Of a stretch of 64,000 bases of DNA, positions 1-10,021 are shown piece by piece. Origin of the DNA: Leptolyngbyaceae cyanobacterium (GTDB lineage Bacteria; Cyanobacteriota; Cyanobacteriia; Phormidesmidales; Phormidesmidaceae); NCBI GenBank assembly GCA_050331235.1, contig JBHJHA010000041.1, forward strand, positions 1 through 64,000. Direction: 5' to 3'. The notes beneath the pieces were generated by a model. It was not told the origin of the DNA and did not search any database. It worked only from the letters and a program-made list of their open reading frames with translations. How positions within the stretch are numbered: position 1 is the stretch's first letter; each line of letters opens with the position of its first letter. A program made the translations under genes and the position numbers.

Positions 1-207
1 GAGAGCGGGTTGACGAGCTACATCGAGCGGCTAAACAACACGCTGCGACAACGGGTATCGCGATTAGTGCGAAAGACGCTGTCGTTCTCCAAGAAACTAG
101 AGAATCATATGGGTGCGATTTGGATGTTCATTCACGAATACAATCGCTTGATCAGGGAGCGGCTCATTAAGTCTGCCCATCCTGCTATTTCCTCTGTCCT
201 TTACTAA
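1..207 (+). CDS. IS1-family transposase (InsB-like), C-terminal part; truncated by window start
   Basis: Frame is open from base 1: ESGLTSYIERLNNTLRQRVSRLVRKTLSFSKK...HMGAIWMFIHEYN, the typical IS1 InsB C-terminal signature (IERxNxTLR...RLxRKTxxFSK). Confidence 0.9.
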   Translation, partial: ESGLTSYIERLNNTLRQRVSRLVRKTLSFSKKLENHMGAIWMFIHEYNRLIRERLIKSAHPAISSVLY

Positions 208-218
208 ATATCACTACC
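1..218 (+). mobile_element. Right end of an IS1-family insertion sequence
   Basis: The transposase stop is followed by ATATCACTACC (ends at 218); its reverse complement GGTAGTGATAT resembles the GGTA(A/G)TG start of IS1-family terminal inverted repeats. Confidence 0.75.
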
Positions 219-323
219 ACAACGGAAAGCGATCGCCCGGCAGTTCATTGTTCAGGCATAGGCTCCAGAGCGATCAAGTCCCCTGTCGGGAAACCTGCTT
301 ACGTGCCCTATCAAGGTCTCACC

Positions 324-1169
324 ATGACTGTTGTCTCTTCGCCATCGAGCAGCACCGTTTCGCCTACAGCCAAAAGTCTTAAAACCACCCTGTTTTGGCG
401 GATTGCCGAAGACATCCCCCCAACATTGCGCTGGGGATTGATGATTTTGTCGGTGCTGCTACCACTGCTGCTATGGTGGGGCATTGCCAATGTGGGCATC
501 GTTGATCCCAAGTTTTTGCCAACCCCGGGGATGGTCATCGCGGCCTTAGTGGCGCTGTGGCAAGAGGGCCATCTACTACAGGACACCCTCTCCAGCTTTG
601 GGCGCGTATCGAGTGGGTTTGTGCTGGCAGCGGTGGTGGCAATTCCCCTGGGGATCGGCATGGGCGCGTTTGCTAGTGTGCGATCGCTCCTGGAGCCCCT
701 AATCGGCATTGTGCGCTATATGCCCGCGCCGGCCTTCATTCCCCTGTTGATTATCTATCTCGGCCTAGGAGAAGCGCCCAAAATCGCCCTCATTTTCATC
801 GGCACTGTGTTCTTTAACACGCTGATGATCATGGATGCTGTCAAGTTTGTGCCTAAAGAACTGCTTGAGACTACCTACACCCTTGGCGGCAGTCGGCGCC
901 AAGTGCTAATGCAGGTCATTACCCCCTATGTGGTGCCCAGCATCTTTGACACCTTGCGGGTCAACATGGCAGCCGCATGGAATCTCGTCATTGTGGCGGA
1001 GCTAGTGGCGGCGGACAGTGGCTTGGGCAAACGGATTGCCATCTCGCAAAAATTCTTTCAAACGGACAATATCTTTGCCTGCCTCATCGTACTGGGATTG
1101 ATTGGTTTCATGCTGGATTTGACCCTCCAGGCCGCGATGCGGCTGACCTGTAAGTGGGCGGTGAAGTAA
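324..1169 (+). CDS. ABC transporter permease, NitT/TauT/SsuC type (probably guanidine-import type)
   Basis: Multiple TM helices; EAA-like loop ELLETTYTLGGSRRQVLMQVITP; AELVAADSGLG motif. ATG at 324 preferred over GTG at 303. Confidence 0.9.
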   Translation: MTVVSSPSSSTVSPTAKSLKTTLFWRIAEDIPPTLRWGLMILSVLLPLLLWWGIANVGIVDPKFLPTPGMVIAALVALWQEGHLLQDTLSSFGRVSSGFVLAAVVAIPLGIGMGAFASVRSLLEPLIGIVRYMPAPAFIPLLIIYLGLGEAPKIALIFIGTVFFNTLMIMDAVKFVPKELLETTYTLGGSRRQVLMQVITPYVVPSIFDTLRVNMAAAWNLVIVAELVAADSGLGKRIAISQKFFQTDNIFACLIVLGLIGFMLDLTLQAAMRLTCKWAVK

Positions 1170-1284
1170 CGTGGATGCGGACTCGTCTCCGGAGTCGGGT
1201 GACAAACGAGTCACAGCACGGATACCCATCGATTACCTATCAGGTGGAATCTTGTAATCAACTAGCTGGCTGAGGTTGACGGTA

Positions 1285-2055
1285 ATGCATCTCGAAGTGT
1301 CTCAGGTTCACAAGCATTTTGATACGCCCCAGGGGCCCCTGGTCGCCCTCGAAGACATCAATCTGCATGTGGAAACCGGCGAATTTGTCTGTGCCGTCGG
1401 GGCGTCAGGCTCCGGCAAGTCGACTTTGTTGCGGCTCATTGCTGGGTTAGAGGTGCCCACAGCTGGAAAGATTACCGTTGACGGTGGCGCGGTGACTGGA
1501 CCCGGAGCCGATCGCGGTATGGTCTTTCAGAGCTACACGCTCTACCCATGGATGACGGTGCAGAACAACGTGGAGTTTGGCCTCAAGCTTCAGGGAGTTC
1601 CCGCAAAACAACGGCGCGAAGAAGCCTCCCGCTATCTCAATGTGGTTGGTCTGACCGAGTTTGCGCGATCACTCCCCAAGGAACTGTCGGGCGGTATGAA
1701 GCAGCGGGTGGCGATCGCCCGAGCACTGGCCAACCAGCCGAAAATCTTGTTGATGGACGAACCCTTCGGAGCTCTCGACGTGCAGACGAAGGAAACCATG
1801 CAAGAGTTTTTGCTCGAGCTGTGGGAGCGCCTCGGTATCAGTATTTTGATGATTACCCACGATGTGAATGAGGCGGTCTTTCTGGCAGAACGCATTTACG
1901 TCATGTCGGCTCGCCCCGGCACCATTCAACAAGAGGTAAAAATTGACTTGAATGGTCATCGGGCTTATGAGCTCCGGCGTACGCCAGCGTTTCATCAGTA
2001 TTGCGATGCCATCATGGATGCCCTGCGCGGGGTGCCCAGCAGCTCGCTCGCCTAA
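1285..2055 (+). CDS. ABC transporter ATP-binding protein, NitT/TauT family
   Basis: Walker A GASGSGKST, signature LSGGMKQR, Walker B LLMDEPFGALD, H-loop ITHD. Confidence 0.95.
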   Translation: MHLEVSQVHKHFDTPQGPLVALEDINLHVETGEFVCAVGASGSGKSTLLRLIAGLEVPTAGKITVDGGAVTGPGADRGMVFQSYTLYPWMTVQNNVEFGLKLQGVPAKQRREEASRYLNVVGLTEFARSLPKELSGGMKQRVAIARALANQPKILLMDEPFGALDVQTKETMQEFLLELWERLGISILMITHDVNEAVFLAERIYVMSARPGTIQQEVKIDLNGHRAYELRRTPAFHQYCDAIMDALRGVPSSSLA

Positions 2056-2160
2056 CGCGCGCTCAGTTAGCGGCCCCGGCTCCTAATCCGCAAAGCCATC
2101 ACTGCCGTAGTAGATTCGGTAAATTTGAAGGGCCTTTCCCTAAACGAGCTCATTGCCTCT

Positions 2161-3981
2161 GTGACAACTCTCTGCATCAATCCACGCTGTGGTCAGCCGC
2201 AAAATTTCGATGACCGCGATCGCTGTGCCACCTGTGGGTCACAACTGCGACTAGGGGGTCGATTTCGCCCGGTGGAGCAACTGGGACAGGGGGGCTTTGG
2301 GCGCACCTATCTGGCCTGGGACGAGGCCTCCTGCCCTCCACAGCACTGCGTCGTCAAGCAAATCGTCCAGACCCGAAGCCGGCAGCACGATTTGGCCGAG
2401 GCGGAAAAATTAGCCCAGCTCGGACAGCATCCCCAGATTCCTGAGTTGATTGCCATCTTGGAGTCTCCACGGGATCTCTGTTTGGTGCAGAGCTATGTCG
2501 CTGGTCCGAACTTGGAGCAGCAATTAAGCTGTCAGGGGCCCTTTGAGGCGGCCCAAGTGCGATCGCTCCTACTGTCGCTGTTGCCAGTGCTGCAATTTAT
2601 TCACGGACAGGGCATCATTCATCGCGATGTCAAACCCGAAAACATCCTACTGGCAAAGGGGGATACCGCTCTGCCTACCCTGGTGGATTTTGGCGCCGCC
2701 CGCACCCTCCCCACCACCGCTGAGTTGGGGCAAACCGGCACCGTGATTGGCAGTGCTGGCTATGCCGCCCCCGAGCAGGCATTGGGTAAGGCCTTGCCTG
2801 CCAGTGATCTCTACGGTCTCGGAGTCACCTGTCTGCATCTACTAACGGCGGTTCATCCCTTTGATTTATATGCGGTCATGGTCGATGACTGGGTGTGGCG
2901 CGACTATCTCACTACACCGATTGAAAGCAGCTTGGGGCAGGTATTAGACCGTTTAGTAGCGCGATCGCTGCGGAGTCGCTATACCAGCGCTGAAGCGGCC
3001 CTCGCGGACTTAGCCCCGGCGGGTATCTGGTCAGTCCCAGCGCCCCCACCCCGCGCTTCCAAGGGAAACCGCTCCTGGCGGCAAACCCAGATGTGGCCCA
3101 CTGGTCGCACCGCAAACGCGATCGCCCTCAGCCCCAATGGTCGCGCCCTTGCCACCGCCAATCGCGATACATCAGTGCAGCTCCGGGACTTGGCTACCGG
3201 GGAAGTACTGCACACCTTTGTACAGCGCTTGGGACTCGGCGACGGTCATACCGATGTGGTGACAGCCATCGCATTTCACCCCGAGGGGCGACGACTGTTG
3301 ACTGCGAGTCAAGACGGCACCGTCAAGCAATGGGATCTGAAACATCCTCGCCTAGAGGCGACCTATCTCCATCCAGGCTGGCAACTGACCGGGATGACCC
3401 TATCAGCATCAGGAGAAACCCTGATAACGGCAGACGCCGAGGGTCGCATTTCAGTCTGGGACGTGGCTAGCCGCAAACGACAATTTGACCTGCAACGCCA
3501 TGCTGGCCGCATCAACGATTTGGTGCTGAGCCCTGATGGTCATCGCTTGGCCAGCGTTGATGCGGTGGGGACGCTGCGCCTATGGGCCTTGCCAACCGGC
3601 GAACTCTTACACACTTGGACGACCCGACCTGCCCTCGAAGCCGTGGCGCTGAGCCTTCATGAGCCAACTTTGATTACGGGCGACCAAACTGGGCAAGTCA
3701 CCCTCTGGTCGCTGCTCGATTTCGCCATTGCCACACCATTGATTCAAACTCAAGATGCCATCAGCGCCTTGGCCATTAGCCCCGATGAGCAGTGGCTGGC
3801 GGTGGGCAGTCGCGATCGCACCATTCGTCTCTGGCACTGGCCGGCGGGCGATCGACAACCAATCGCCACGCTCTATCACGACTGGGCGGTGTGCGATCTT
3901 ACCTTCACTTCCAATAGTCAAAAGCTCATTAGTAGTGCCGCCGATGAAACTATCCGGATTTGGCAGATGGGCGAGGGATAA
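2161..3981 (+). CDS. Ser/Thr protein kinase with N-terminal 4-Cys zinc-ribbon-like motif and C-terminal WD40 repeats
   Basis: CINPRC...CATCG; LGQGGFGRTY, VVK, HRDVKPEN, DFG and APE all intact; repeated GH...WD-like units. Start at GTG 2161 is inferred. Confidence 0.9.
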   Translation: MTTLCINPRCGQPQNFDDRDRCATCGSQLRLGGRFRPVEQLGQGGFGRTYLAWDEASCPPQHCVVKQIVQTRSRQHDLAEAEKLAQLGQHPQIPELIAILESPRDLCLVQSYVAGPNLEQQLSCQGPFEAAQVRSLLLSLLPVLQFIHGQGIIHRDVKPENILLAKGDTALPTLVDFGAARTLPTTAELGQTGTVIGSAGYAAPEQALGKALPASDLYGLGVTCLHLLTAVHPFDLYAVMVDDWVWRDYLTTPIESSLGQVLDRLVARSLRSRYTSAEAALADLAPAGIWSVPAPPPRASKGNRSWRQTQMWPTGRTANAIALSPNGRALATANRDTSVQLRDLATGEVLHTFVQRLGLGDGHTDVVTAIAFHPEGRRLLTASQDGTVKQWDLKHPRLEATYLHPGWQLTGMTLSASGETLITADAEGRISVWDVASRKRQFDLQRHAGRINDLVLSPDGHRLASVDAVGTLRLWALPTGELLHTWTTRPALEAVALSLHEPTLITGDQTGQVTLWSLLDFAIATPLIQTQDAISALAISPDEQWLAVGSRDRTIRLWHWPAGDRQPIATLYHDWAVCDLTFTSNSQKLISSAADETIRIWQMGEG

Positions 3982-3991
3982 GCTCTAGAGA

Positions 3992-4110
3992 CTAATACTA
4001 TTTCTGCGAATCACGACTACCCACAGATTCTTCAAAGCCCCTTTTTCAAGAGGGCAGCGACAGCGGGGGATCTGCAAATCTGTAGCGCTATTACAGAGAA
4101 TGGGTATAAG
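3992..4110. repeat. Degenerate small dispersed repeat / MITE-like element
   Basis: Imperfect terminal inverted repeats (CTAATACTATTTCTGCGAAT...CAGATT vs AATCTGTAGCGCTATTACAGAGAATGGGTATAAG) around an internal CCCCTTTTTCAAGAGGG hairpin and GCGGGGGATC. Confidence 0.5.
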
Positions 4111-4449
4111 CCGGGGGATCAGGAAGGCAATACAGCAGCGCTTGCAAAGCCAGCAAACTCATCAACATTGACATCACGGCTCTGGGCTACACAGCTAATC
4201 ACCCAACTTCAGACACGCTTTAAGTGCACCTTCGTTGAGCTCTCGACCACCAACGATAATCCCTGGATTCATTACCCTCAAGGCCATCGTTGCTGGCGGC
4301 GATCGCTCTGAGTTTATTAGGCCGCACTCAGGCTGTTCTCAGACACGATTTTTATGATTTTTCCAGATGAAAAGCCTAGTGCTTCCAGTAGTCACTCCCT
4401 ACAATCTTGAGGGAGCTTGTTAGTCATTGTTGTTGCGAGAAGTGCAGTC

Positions 4450-5139
4450 ATGAATACCACCGATATGTTGCGGCTAGTGCATCCGGCGATCGCGGTTTTT
4501 TACGTCTTTCCCTTAATTGGCATCGCGACTTACTTTGCGCTCCAAACTCGGCAGCGCCGCTTGGCCGCCGCCAACAAAGAAAAAACTAAAATTGCGCCAG
4601 TTGTGGGCCAAGAGCATGTCAAGGTCGGTCGTTGGCTGGCGGCCTCGGTCGTTGGCATCGCGCTTTTAGGTATGGCTCATCCCATTTTCAAAGCCATTCT
4701 GCGGGACAACGTCTGGGCTGAGTCTCCCTTTCAAGTGATATTCATCATCGCTATGTACGTGTTCACAATTGCCACCTTGATGTTTCTGTTTCAAGCCAAA
4801 ACACCGCTATGGCGAGCCGCCTTTGCCACGCTGTCGAGCATGGGACTGATTATTTTGGGTTGTCAAAATGGTATTTTCCGCCGCACCAATGAGTGGTTCA
4901 TTTCCCACTACTACTACGGCATCGTCGCGGCCTTGTTGATGATTATTTCGGTGGCCGTGCTGCCAGAGATTTACAAGTCCAAGGCGTGGCGACGGGGCCA
5001 TATTGCCCTGAACACGATCGCGCTGCTGCTCTTTGTGGGCATGGGTATTACCGGTGCCCGCGATTTGTTAGAAATCCCACTCTCGTGGCAAGAACCCGTG
5101 GTATATCAGTGTGACTTCGCCAACAAAACCTGTGAGTAG
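4450..5139 (+). CDS. DUF4079-like membrane protein
   Basis: About 6 TM helices; LVHP start, QTRQRR, GQEHVKVGRWL, HYYYG and GARDLLEIPLSWQ match my recollection of the cyanobacterial DUF4079 family. Confidence 0.75.
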   Translation: MNTTDMLRLVHPAIAVFYVFPLIGIATYFALQTRQRRLAAANKEKTKIAPVVGQEHVKVGRWLAASVVGIALLGMAHPIFKAILRDNVWAESPFQVIFIIAMYVFTIATLMFLFQAKTPLWRAAFATLSSMGLIILGCQNGIFRRTNEWFISHYYYGIVAALLMIISVAVLPEIYKSKAWRRGHIALNTIALLLFVGMGITGARDLLEIPLSWQEPVVYQCDFANKTCE

Positions 5140-5260
5140 TCGCGGCGCGATCGCCCTCGCCGGTGCCCCTTCGCAACGCCTCTCCGCAATTATGGTCAGG
5201 GCTCCTCACACTCCTTAATGCTCCTGACCAGCAGTTGTCATTGCCGCTTAGAATGCAGGC

Positions 5261-8200
5261 ATGCTGTTAGACAAACGACTCCGATATTGGTCTGGTTGGC
5301 CATGGGTGATTGCGATCACCGCCGGGCTGCTCTTGGCACAGCTCATCGCCTACTTTTGGGCGGAGGGTCTCTGGTTTCAAGATGCTGGCTACAGCGATGT
5401 CTTTGCCCTACGCGTCAAAAGTCAGTTTTTGCTCGGTGCTGGAGGCACACTTTTGGGAGGGCTGGTGCTGTGGGGCAATTTAAAACTGGCCCGGCGTTTA
5501 CCGACTCCCTCGATTCCCCGGCAGTCTGCCGACGAGCGAGCCCGCACTCGACGCGGCGGACTAGGCCTTTTGGCACTGCTTATGTCGACGGGTGGATTAG
5601 CCTTGGTGCTCGGTATTCAAATGCTGTATCTGGGGCGAGTGGTCGTTAGCAATTGGGATCTGACGTCGTCGGTGTATAATCCTGCGCCGCCGCCGCCCTT
5701 GTGGGCCAAGCCAGAAGCCATTCGCACGGTCATCGTGCAGCTGATCAATTATCCCTGGCAGGCGATCGCCCTTTTGGTGGTGGCGATCGCCTGTTTATTT
5801 TTACCCCAGATTTGCACGGCGATCGCTGCCGTCTATGTCAGCATTGCCCTCGGGTTAGTGCTCTCAGAGCAATGGACCAAGGTCCTGACGGCGATCAACC
5901 CAGTCGCTTTTGACGCCACGGATCCACTATTCAATAACGACATTGGCTACTACATCTTTCGCCTGCCGTTTTTAGAAGTTCTGGAGTTTTGGTTCATCAG
6001 CCTTATCTTGTTCACCCTGGTGAGCGTGGTTTTGCTGTATTTGCTGTCTGGCAACAGCTTGAGCAATGGTCGGTTTCCGGGCTTCACCCCGCAGCAGCAG
6101 CGCCATTTGTATAGCTTGGGCGGCATGTTGCTGTTGTCCACCAGTCTTAATCACTGGCTGGGTCGCTTCGAAATTCTCTATTCCCCCCAGGGGGTGGTGT
6201 ATGGGGCCAGCTATACCGATGTCAAAGTGGGTCTACCGGTTTACACCGCCTTGAGCGTCATCGCGCTGCTACTGGGGCTCGCGATGCTGTGGCGGGCAGC
6301 ATTTTGGGCTGTCGGGGTGAGGGATATTGCCGCTTGGCTGGGTGAGATCGGGCATCGTCGCCACGCCAACCTGCCACCGCTATCACAGCGGCAGCTCACG
6401 ACTCGGCCCTTAATTTGGGGCTTAGCCCTCTATCTGCTACTGGCACTGCTCGGCAGTATTTTAGCTCCGGTGATCGTGCAGCAAATTGTGGTGCGGCCTA
6501 ATGAGCTCCAGCGGGAACGCCCCTACATCGAGCGGGCGATCGCCCAAACCCGTCAGGCATTTGATCTGGCCGATATCAACGTCCAGCCCTTTAATCCCGA
6601 AGGGGACTTGGAGCAGGCAGAGCTGAATGAAAACCGGCTAACGCTGAACAACATTCGCCTGTGGGATACGCGACCACTCTTGCAAAGCAATCGCCAGCTT
6701 CAGCAGATTCGTCTGTATTACGAATTTCCTGACGCTGACGTCGATCGCTACAGCCTGATTGAGGATGACGGCTCGACCACCTTGCGGCAGGTGCTCATCT
6801 CCGCCCGGGAACTCAACTTTGAGCAGGTACCCGAAGTCGCCAAAACCTGGGTCAACGAACATCTGGTGTATACCCACGGCTATGGCTTTACCATGAGCCC
6901 GGTCAACACCGCTGACGAAGACGGTTTGCCCACCTATTTTGTGCGTGACATCGGTCATACCCCCAGCAATGCCGCGGTACGGCGGAGCATTCCCATCGGC
7001 AGGCCCCGCATTTACTTTGGCGAATTGACCAATACCTACGTTATGGTCGATAGCCAAGTGCAGGAGTTGGATTATCCCAGCGGCGACGACAACATTTACA
7101 ACACCTACGACGGCAACCGGGGCATTACCCTTGCCAATCCGCTTACGCGATGGCTGTTTGCATGGCACCTCAAAGACTGGCAGATGCTCTTTACCGAAGA
7201 CTTTACGCCATCGACGCGGTTGCTATATCGCCGTCGCATTACGGACCGCGTGCGGGCGATCGCCCCATTTTTGCGGTTTGATGCCGATCCATACCTCGTG
7301 ATTGCCGACATTGGCAACGACAGCGACACTTGGGGCACAAATCCTCGCCCCTTGACCAACACCGCCGGGAGTGAGGCAGAGCCCAGTTATCTGTATTGGG
7401 TGATTGACGCCTATACAACTAGCGATCGCTATCCCTATTCGGATCCCCTCGACAACGATTTCAACTACATTCGCAACTCGGTCAAGGTTGTCATTGACGC
7501 CTATAACGGTGCCATCCGGTTTTATACCCCAGCGGTTAATGACCCCATCATTCAAACCTGGTCACGGCTGTTGCCCGGCATGTTTGAGCCGATCGAGGCC
7601 ATGCCGTCAGTCCTGTTCGAGCATCTGCGATATCCCCAAGATTACTTCCAGGTGCAGTCTGACGAGTTAATGACCTATCACATGACTGACCCCCAGGTGT
7701 TTTATAACCGGGAGGATCAGTGGCGCGCCCCCAATGAAATTTATGCCAACGAAGCGCAAGAGGTGCAGCCCTATTATCTGATCATGCGCTTACCCAACCA
7801 AACGAGCGAAGAATTTATTCAGCTCCGCCCCTTTACCCCGGCTCAACGCAACAACTTGGTAGCCTGGTTAGCGGCCAGCTCTACGGGCGATCGCTACGGT
7901 GAGATGCTGTTATATCGCTTTCCCAAACAGGTACTGGTGTTTGGGCCTGAGCAGATCGAAGCTCGAATCAATCAAGATCCTGCCATTTCCCAGCGGATCT
8001 CACTTTGGAACACCCAGGGCTCGCGGGCAATTCAGGGCAATTTGTTAGTCATTCCCATTGAGCGATCGCTGATTTACGTGGAGCCGCTGTACCTGGAAGC
8101 TGAGCAAAACAGCCTCCCCACCCTGGCCCGTGTGATTTTGGTGTATCAAAACCGTATCGTCATGGCCGAAACGCTCTCAGATGCCCTCGCTGCCGTGTTC

Positions 8201-8347
8201 ACGGGCGAACGGGAATCTGCACCCCCGGTAATTCGAGATTTAGAAGAAGGGGGGCAAGTGCTAGAAGACATCTTGCCAAGCCTAGAGAGCGAGGCGCCCC
8301 GCCCCGCCCCCAACAGTTCGCCAGAGGACTCCCCCGATGACGGCTAA
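5261..8347 (+). CDS. UPF0182 family membrane protein
   Basis: DPLFNNDIGYYIFRLP, NIRLWD, YYEFPDADVDRY, YTHGYG, NYIRNSVKVVIDAYNG, HLRYPQD and GNLLVIP motifs. Confidence 0.93.
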   Translation: MLLDKRLRYWSGWPWVIAITAGLLLAQLIAYFWAEGLWFQDAGYSDVFALRVKSQFLLGAGGTLLGGLVLWGNLKLARRLPTPSIPRQSADERARTRRGGLGLLALLMSTGGLALVLGIQMLYLGRVVVSNWDLTSSVYNPAPPPPLWAKPEAIRTVIVQLINYPWQAIALLVVAIACLFLPQICTAIAAVYVSIALGLVLSEQWTKVLTAINPVAFDATDPLFNNDIGYYIFRLPFLEVLEFWFISLILFTLVSVVLLYLLSGNSLSNGRFPGFTPQQQRHLYSLGGMLLLSTSLNHWLGRFEILYSPQGVVYGASYTDVKVGLPVYTALSVIALLLGLAMLWRAAFWAVGVRDIAAWLGEIGHRRHANLPPLSQRQLTTRPLIWGLALYLLLALLGSILAPVIVQQIVVRPNELQRERPYIERAIAQTRQAFDLADINVQPFNPEGDLEQAELNENRLTLNNIRLWDTRPLLQSNRQLQQIRLYYEFPDADVDRYSLIEDDGSTTLRQVLISARELNFEQVPEVAKTWVNEHLVYTHGYGFTMSPVNTADEDGLPTYFVRDIGHTPSNAAVRRSIPIGRPRIYFGELTNTYVMVDSQVQELDYPSGDDNIYNTYDGNRGITLANPLTRWLFAWHLKDWQMLFTEDFTPSTRLLYRRRITDRVRAIAPFLRFDADPYLVIADIGNDSDTWGTNPRPLTNTAGSEAEPSYLYWVIDAYTTSDRYPYSDPLDNDFNYIRNSVKVVIDAYNGAIRFYTPAVNDPIIQTWSRLLPGMFEPIEAMPSVLFEHLRYPQDYFQVQSDELMTYHMTDPQVFYNREDQWRAPNEIYANEAQEVQPYYLIMRLPNQTSEEFIQLRPFTPAQRNNLVAWLAASSTGDRYGEMLLYRFPKQVLVFGPEQIEARINQDPAISQRISLWNTQGSRAIQGNLLVIPIERSLIYVEPLYLEAEQNSLPTLARVILVYQNRIVMAETLSDALAAVFTGERESAPPVIRDLEEGGQVLEDILPSLESEAPRPAPNSSPEDSPDDG

Positions 8348-8386
8348 ACCGATACTATACGGGCGTACCGTCTCAGTTGAGTCACC

Positions 8387-10009
8387 ATGACCACCGCGCA
8401 GCCACTAGGGGGAGAAAACCGCAACTCAGCGATCGGGCTGTGCTTGACTCTGTTTTTAGTATCGTTTCATATCGGCGTGGTGCCAGCGATTATGCCGCCC
8501 TTGGTGCGGACCCTCGATTCCAGTGTGGGCTACGTGCAGGGAGCCTTAGTCCTGCTGTCACTGGTCACTGCTGCCTTTGCGCCCACTAGCGAAAACTTGA
8601 GCCGTCGATTTGGGCGGCGGCGGGTATTTCACGGCGGGCTCGTCTTATTTGCGATTGGCAGTGTTTCGGTCTCAGCAAGTCCGACGATGGGCTTTTTTGT
8701 AGTGAGTTATGCCCTGTTAACAGGGCTAGCAGCAACCCCGCTAGTCAGTATTCCCTGGGCTTTAATGGATGAATTTTACGACGATAAAGCCGAAAAAATT
8801 GCGTTTTTGCTGCTGACCCTATCGATGGTGGTGGGCGGCCTCATCGGCTCTCTGATCGGCGGCCTCATCGCGTTTGAATATAGCTGGCGCATCGCCTTTC
8901 TCATTGAGCTGGGACTCATTCCCTTAGTGTTTGCACTGGTCAGACAGTATCCGTCAGAGGTTGCAGCTGAGCAGACCCCCATCGACTGGGTTGGGGGCTG
9001 CCTCTCATTTGCTGGGTTGGGCCTCACGCTATTGGGCATCAGCATGTCGGCGGAGTGGGGCTGGTGGGAACCCAAAAAGAGTTTGACGGTATGGGACATC
9101 TCCCTAGCCCCCTTTGGCATCTCCATCGTGCCGATCTTAATCGCATCGGGGCTAGTGTGCTTCGGCATTTTTCTCTTTTGGCAACGACAGCAAGCACGGG
9201 CCGGTCGGGCTTCCATCGTGAGTGCGGGGCTACTCCATCGTCGCGAGTTTGTCTCGAGTTTGACGGTGGCGACCCTGCACTCTGCCCTGGTCACTGGCTT
9301 GTCATTCAACCTGTTTCAGTTCATTCCGCCAGTCTTGGAGCTCAACTCGTTTCAAACAGCGATCAGCGTTTTACCCTACAACTTGGCTATGGTGGTAGTG
9401 TTAATCGCCATGGTCAAATTCATCAATATTCAGCTGCCACCGCGACGCATTGTGCAAACGGGGCTCTGTGTGGAGCTAGTCGGCCTGCTATGGCTGGTGG
9501 GCGCGGTGCAGCCAGGGGTGACGCGATTGAGCATTTTGCCCGCGTTGATTGTGATTGGCGTTGGCTCTGGCCTGTTTACGTCACAAATTGGGGCGATCGC
9601 CTACTCCACCGCCAGCCGCCAAGAAAAACCCGAAGCCACGGGCATCTTTAATCCCTTTCAAAAGGTAGGGCAGGCCCTAGGTCGCGGCATTTTAGGCACA
9701 GTGCTGATCAGTTTGGCCTCAGTCAAGATTGTCGATGGCGTCATCGCGGAACTGGGCAACGATATTGATCACACCACCCGACAATCGGCTATTAGCTACC
9801 TGCAAAGGGCGATCCAAACGTTTACTAAAGATGAGATGGCGGAACTCTTTGCCCAACTTCCCGATGCCGTGCAACCCGGCCTGGAAACCATTATCGATAC
9901 GTCCGCGATCGCCGCGATGAAAGTGACAATCATGATTATTCTGGCGTTCAACCTACTCTGTCTCCTGCTCACAGTGCGGTTACCCCATCGCCACCTCAAA
10001 CGGGGATAG
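8387..10009 (+). CDS. MFS transporter (DHA2/14-TMS-like)
   Basis: Many TM helices; motif-A-like NLSRRFGRRRVF; SWRIAF; DWVG after the central loop. Confidence 0.85.
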   Translation: MTTAQPLGGENRNSAIGLCLTLFLVSFHIGVVPAIMPPLVRTLDSSVGYVQGALVLLSLVTAAFAPTSENLSRRFGRRRVFHGGLVLFAIGSVSVSASPTMGFFVVSYALLTGLAATPLVSIPWALMDEFYDDKAEKIAFLLLTLSMVVGGLIGSLIGGLIAFEYSWRIAFLIELGLIPLVFALVRQYPSEVAAEQTPIDWVGGCLSFAGLGLTLLGISMSAEWGWWEPKKSLTVWDISLAPFGISIVPILIASGLVCFGIFLFWQRQQARAGRASIVSAGLLHRREFVSSLTVATLHSALVTGLSFNLFQFIPPVLELNSFQTAISVLPYNLAMVVVLIAMVKFINIQLPPRRIVQTGLCVELVGLLWLVGAVQPGVTRLSILPALIVIGVGSGLFTSQIGAIAYSTASRQEKPEATGIFNPFQKVGQALGRGILGTVLISLASVKIVDGVIAELGNDIDHTTRQSAISYLQRAIQTFTKDEMAELFAQLPDAVQPGLETIIDTSAIAAMKVTIMIILAFNLLCLLLTVRLPHRHLKRG

Positions 10010-10021
10010 TGACCGTATAGT

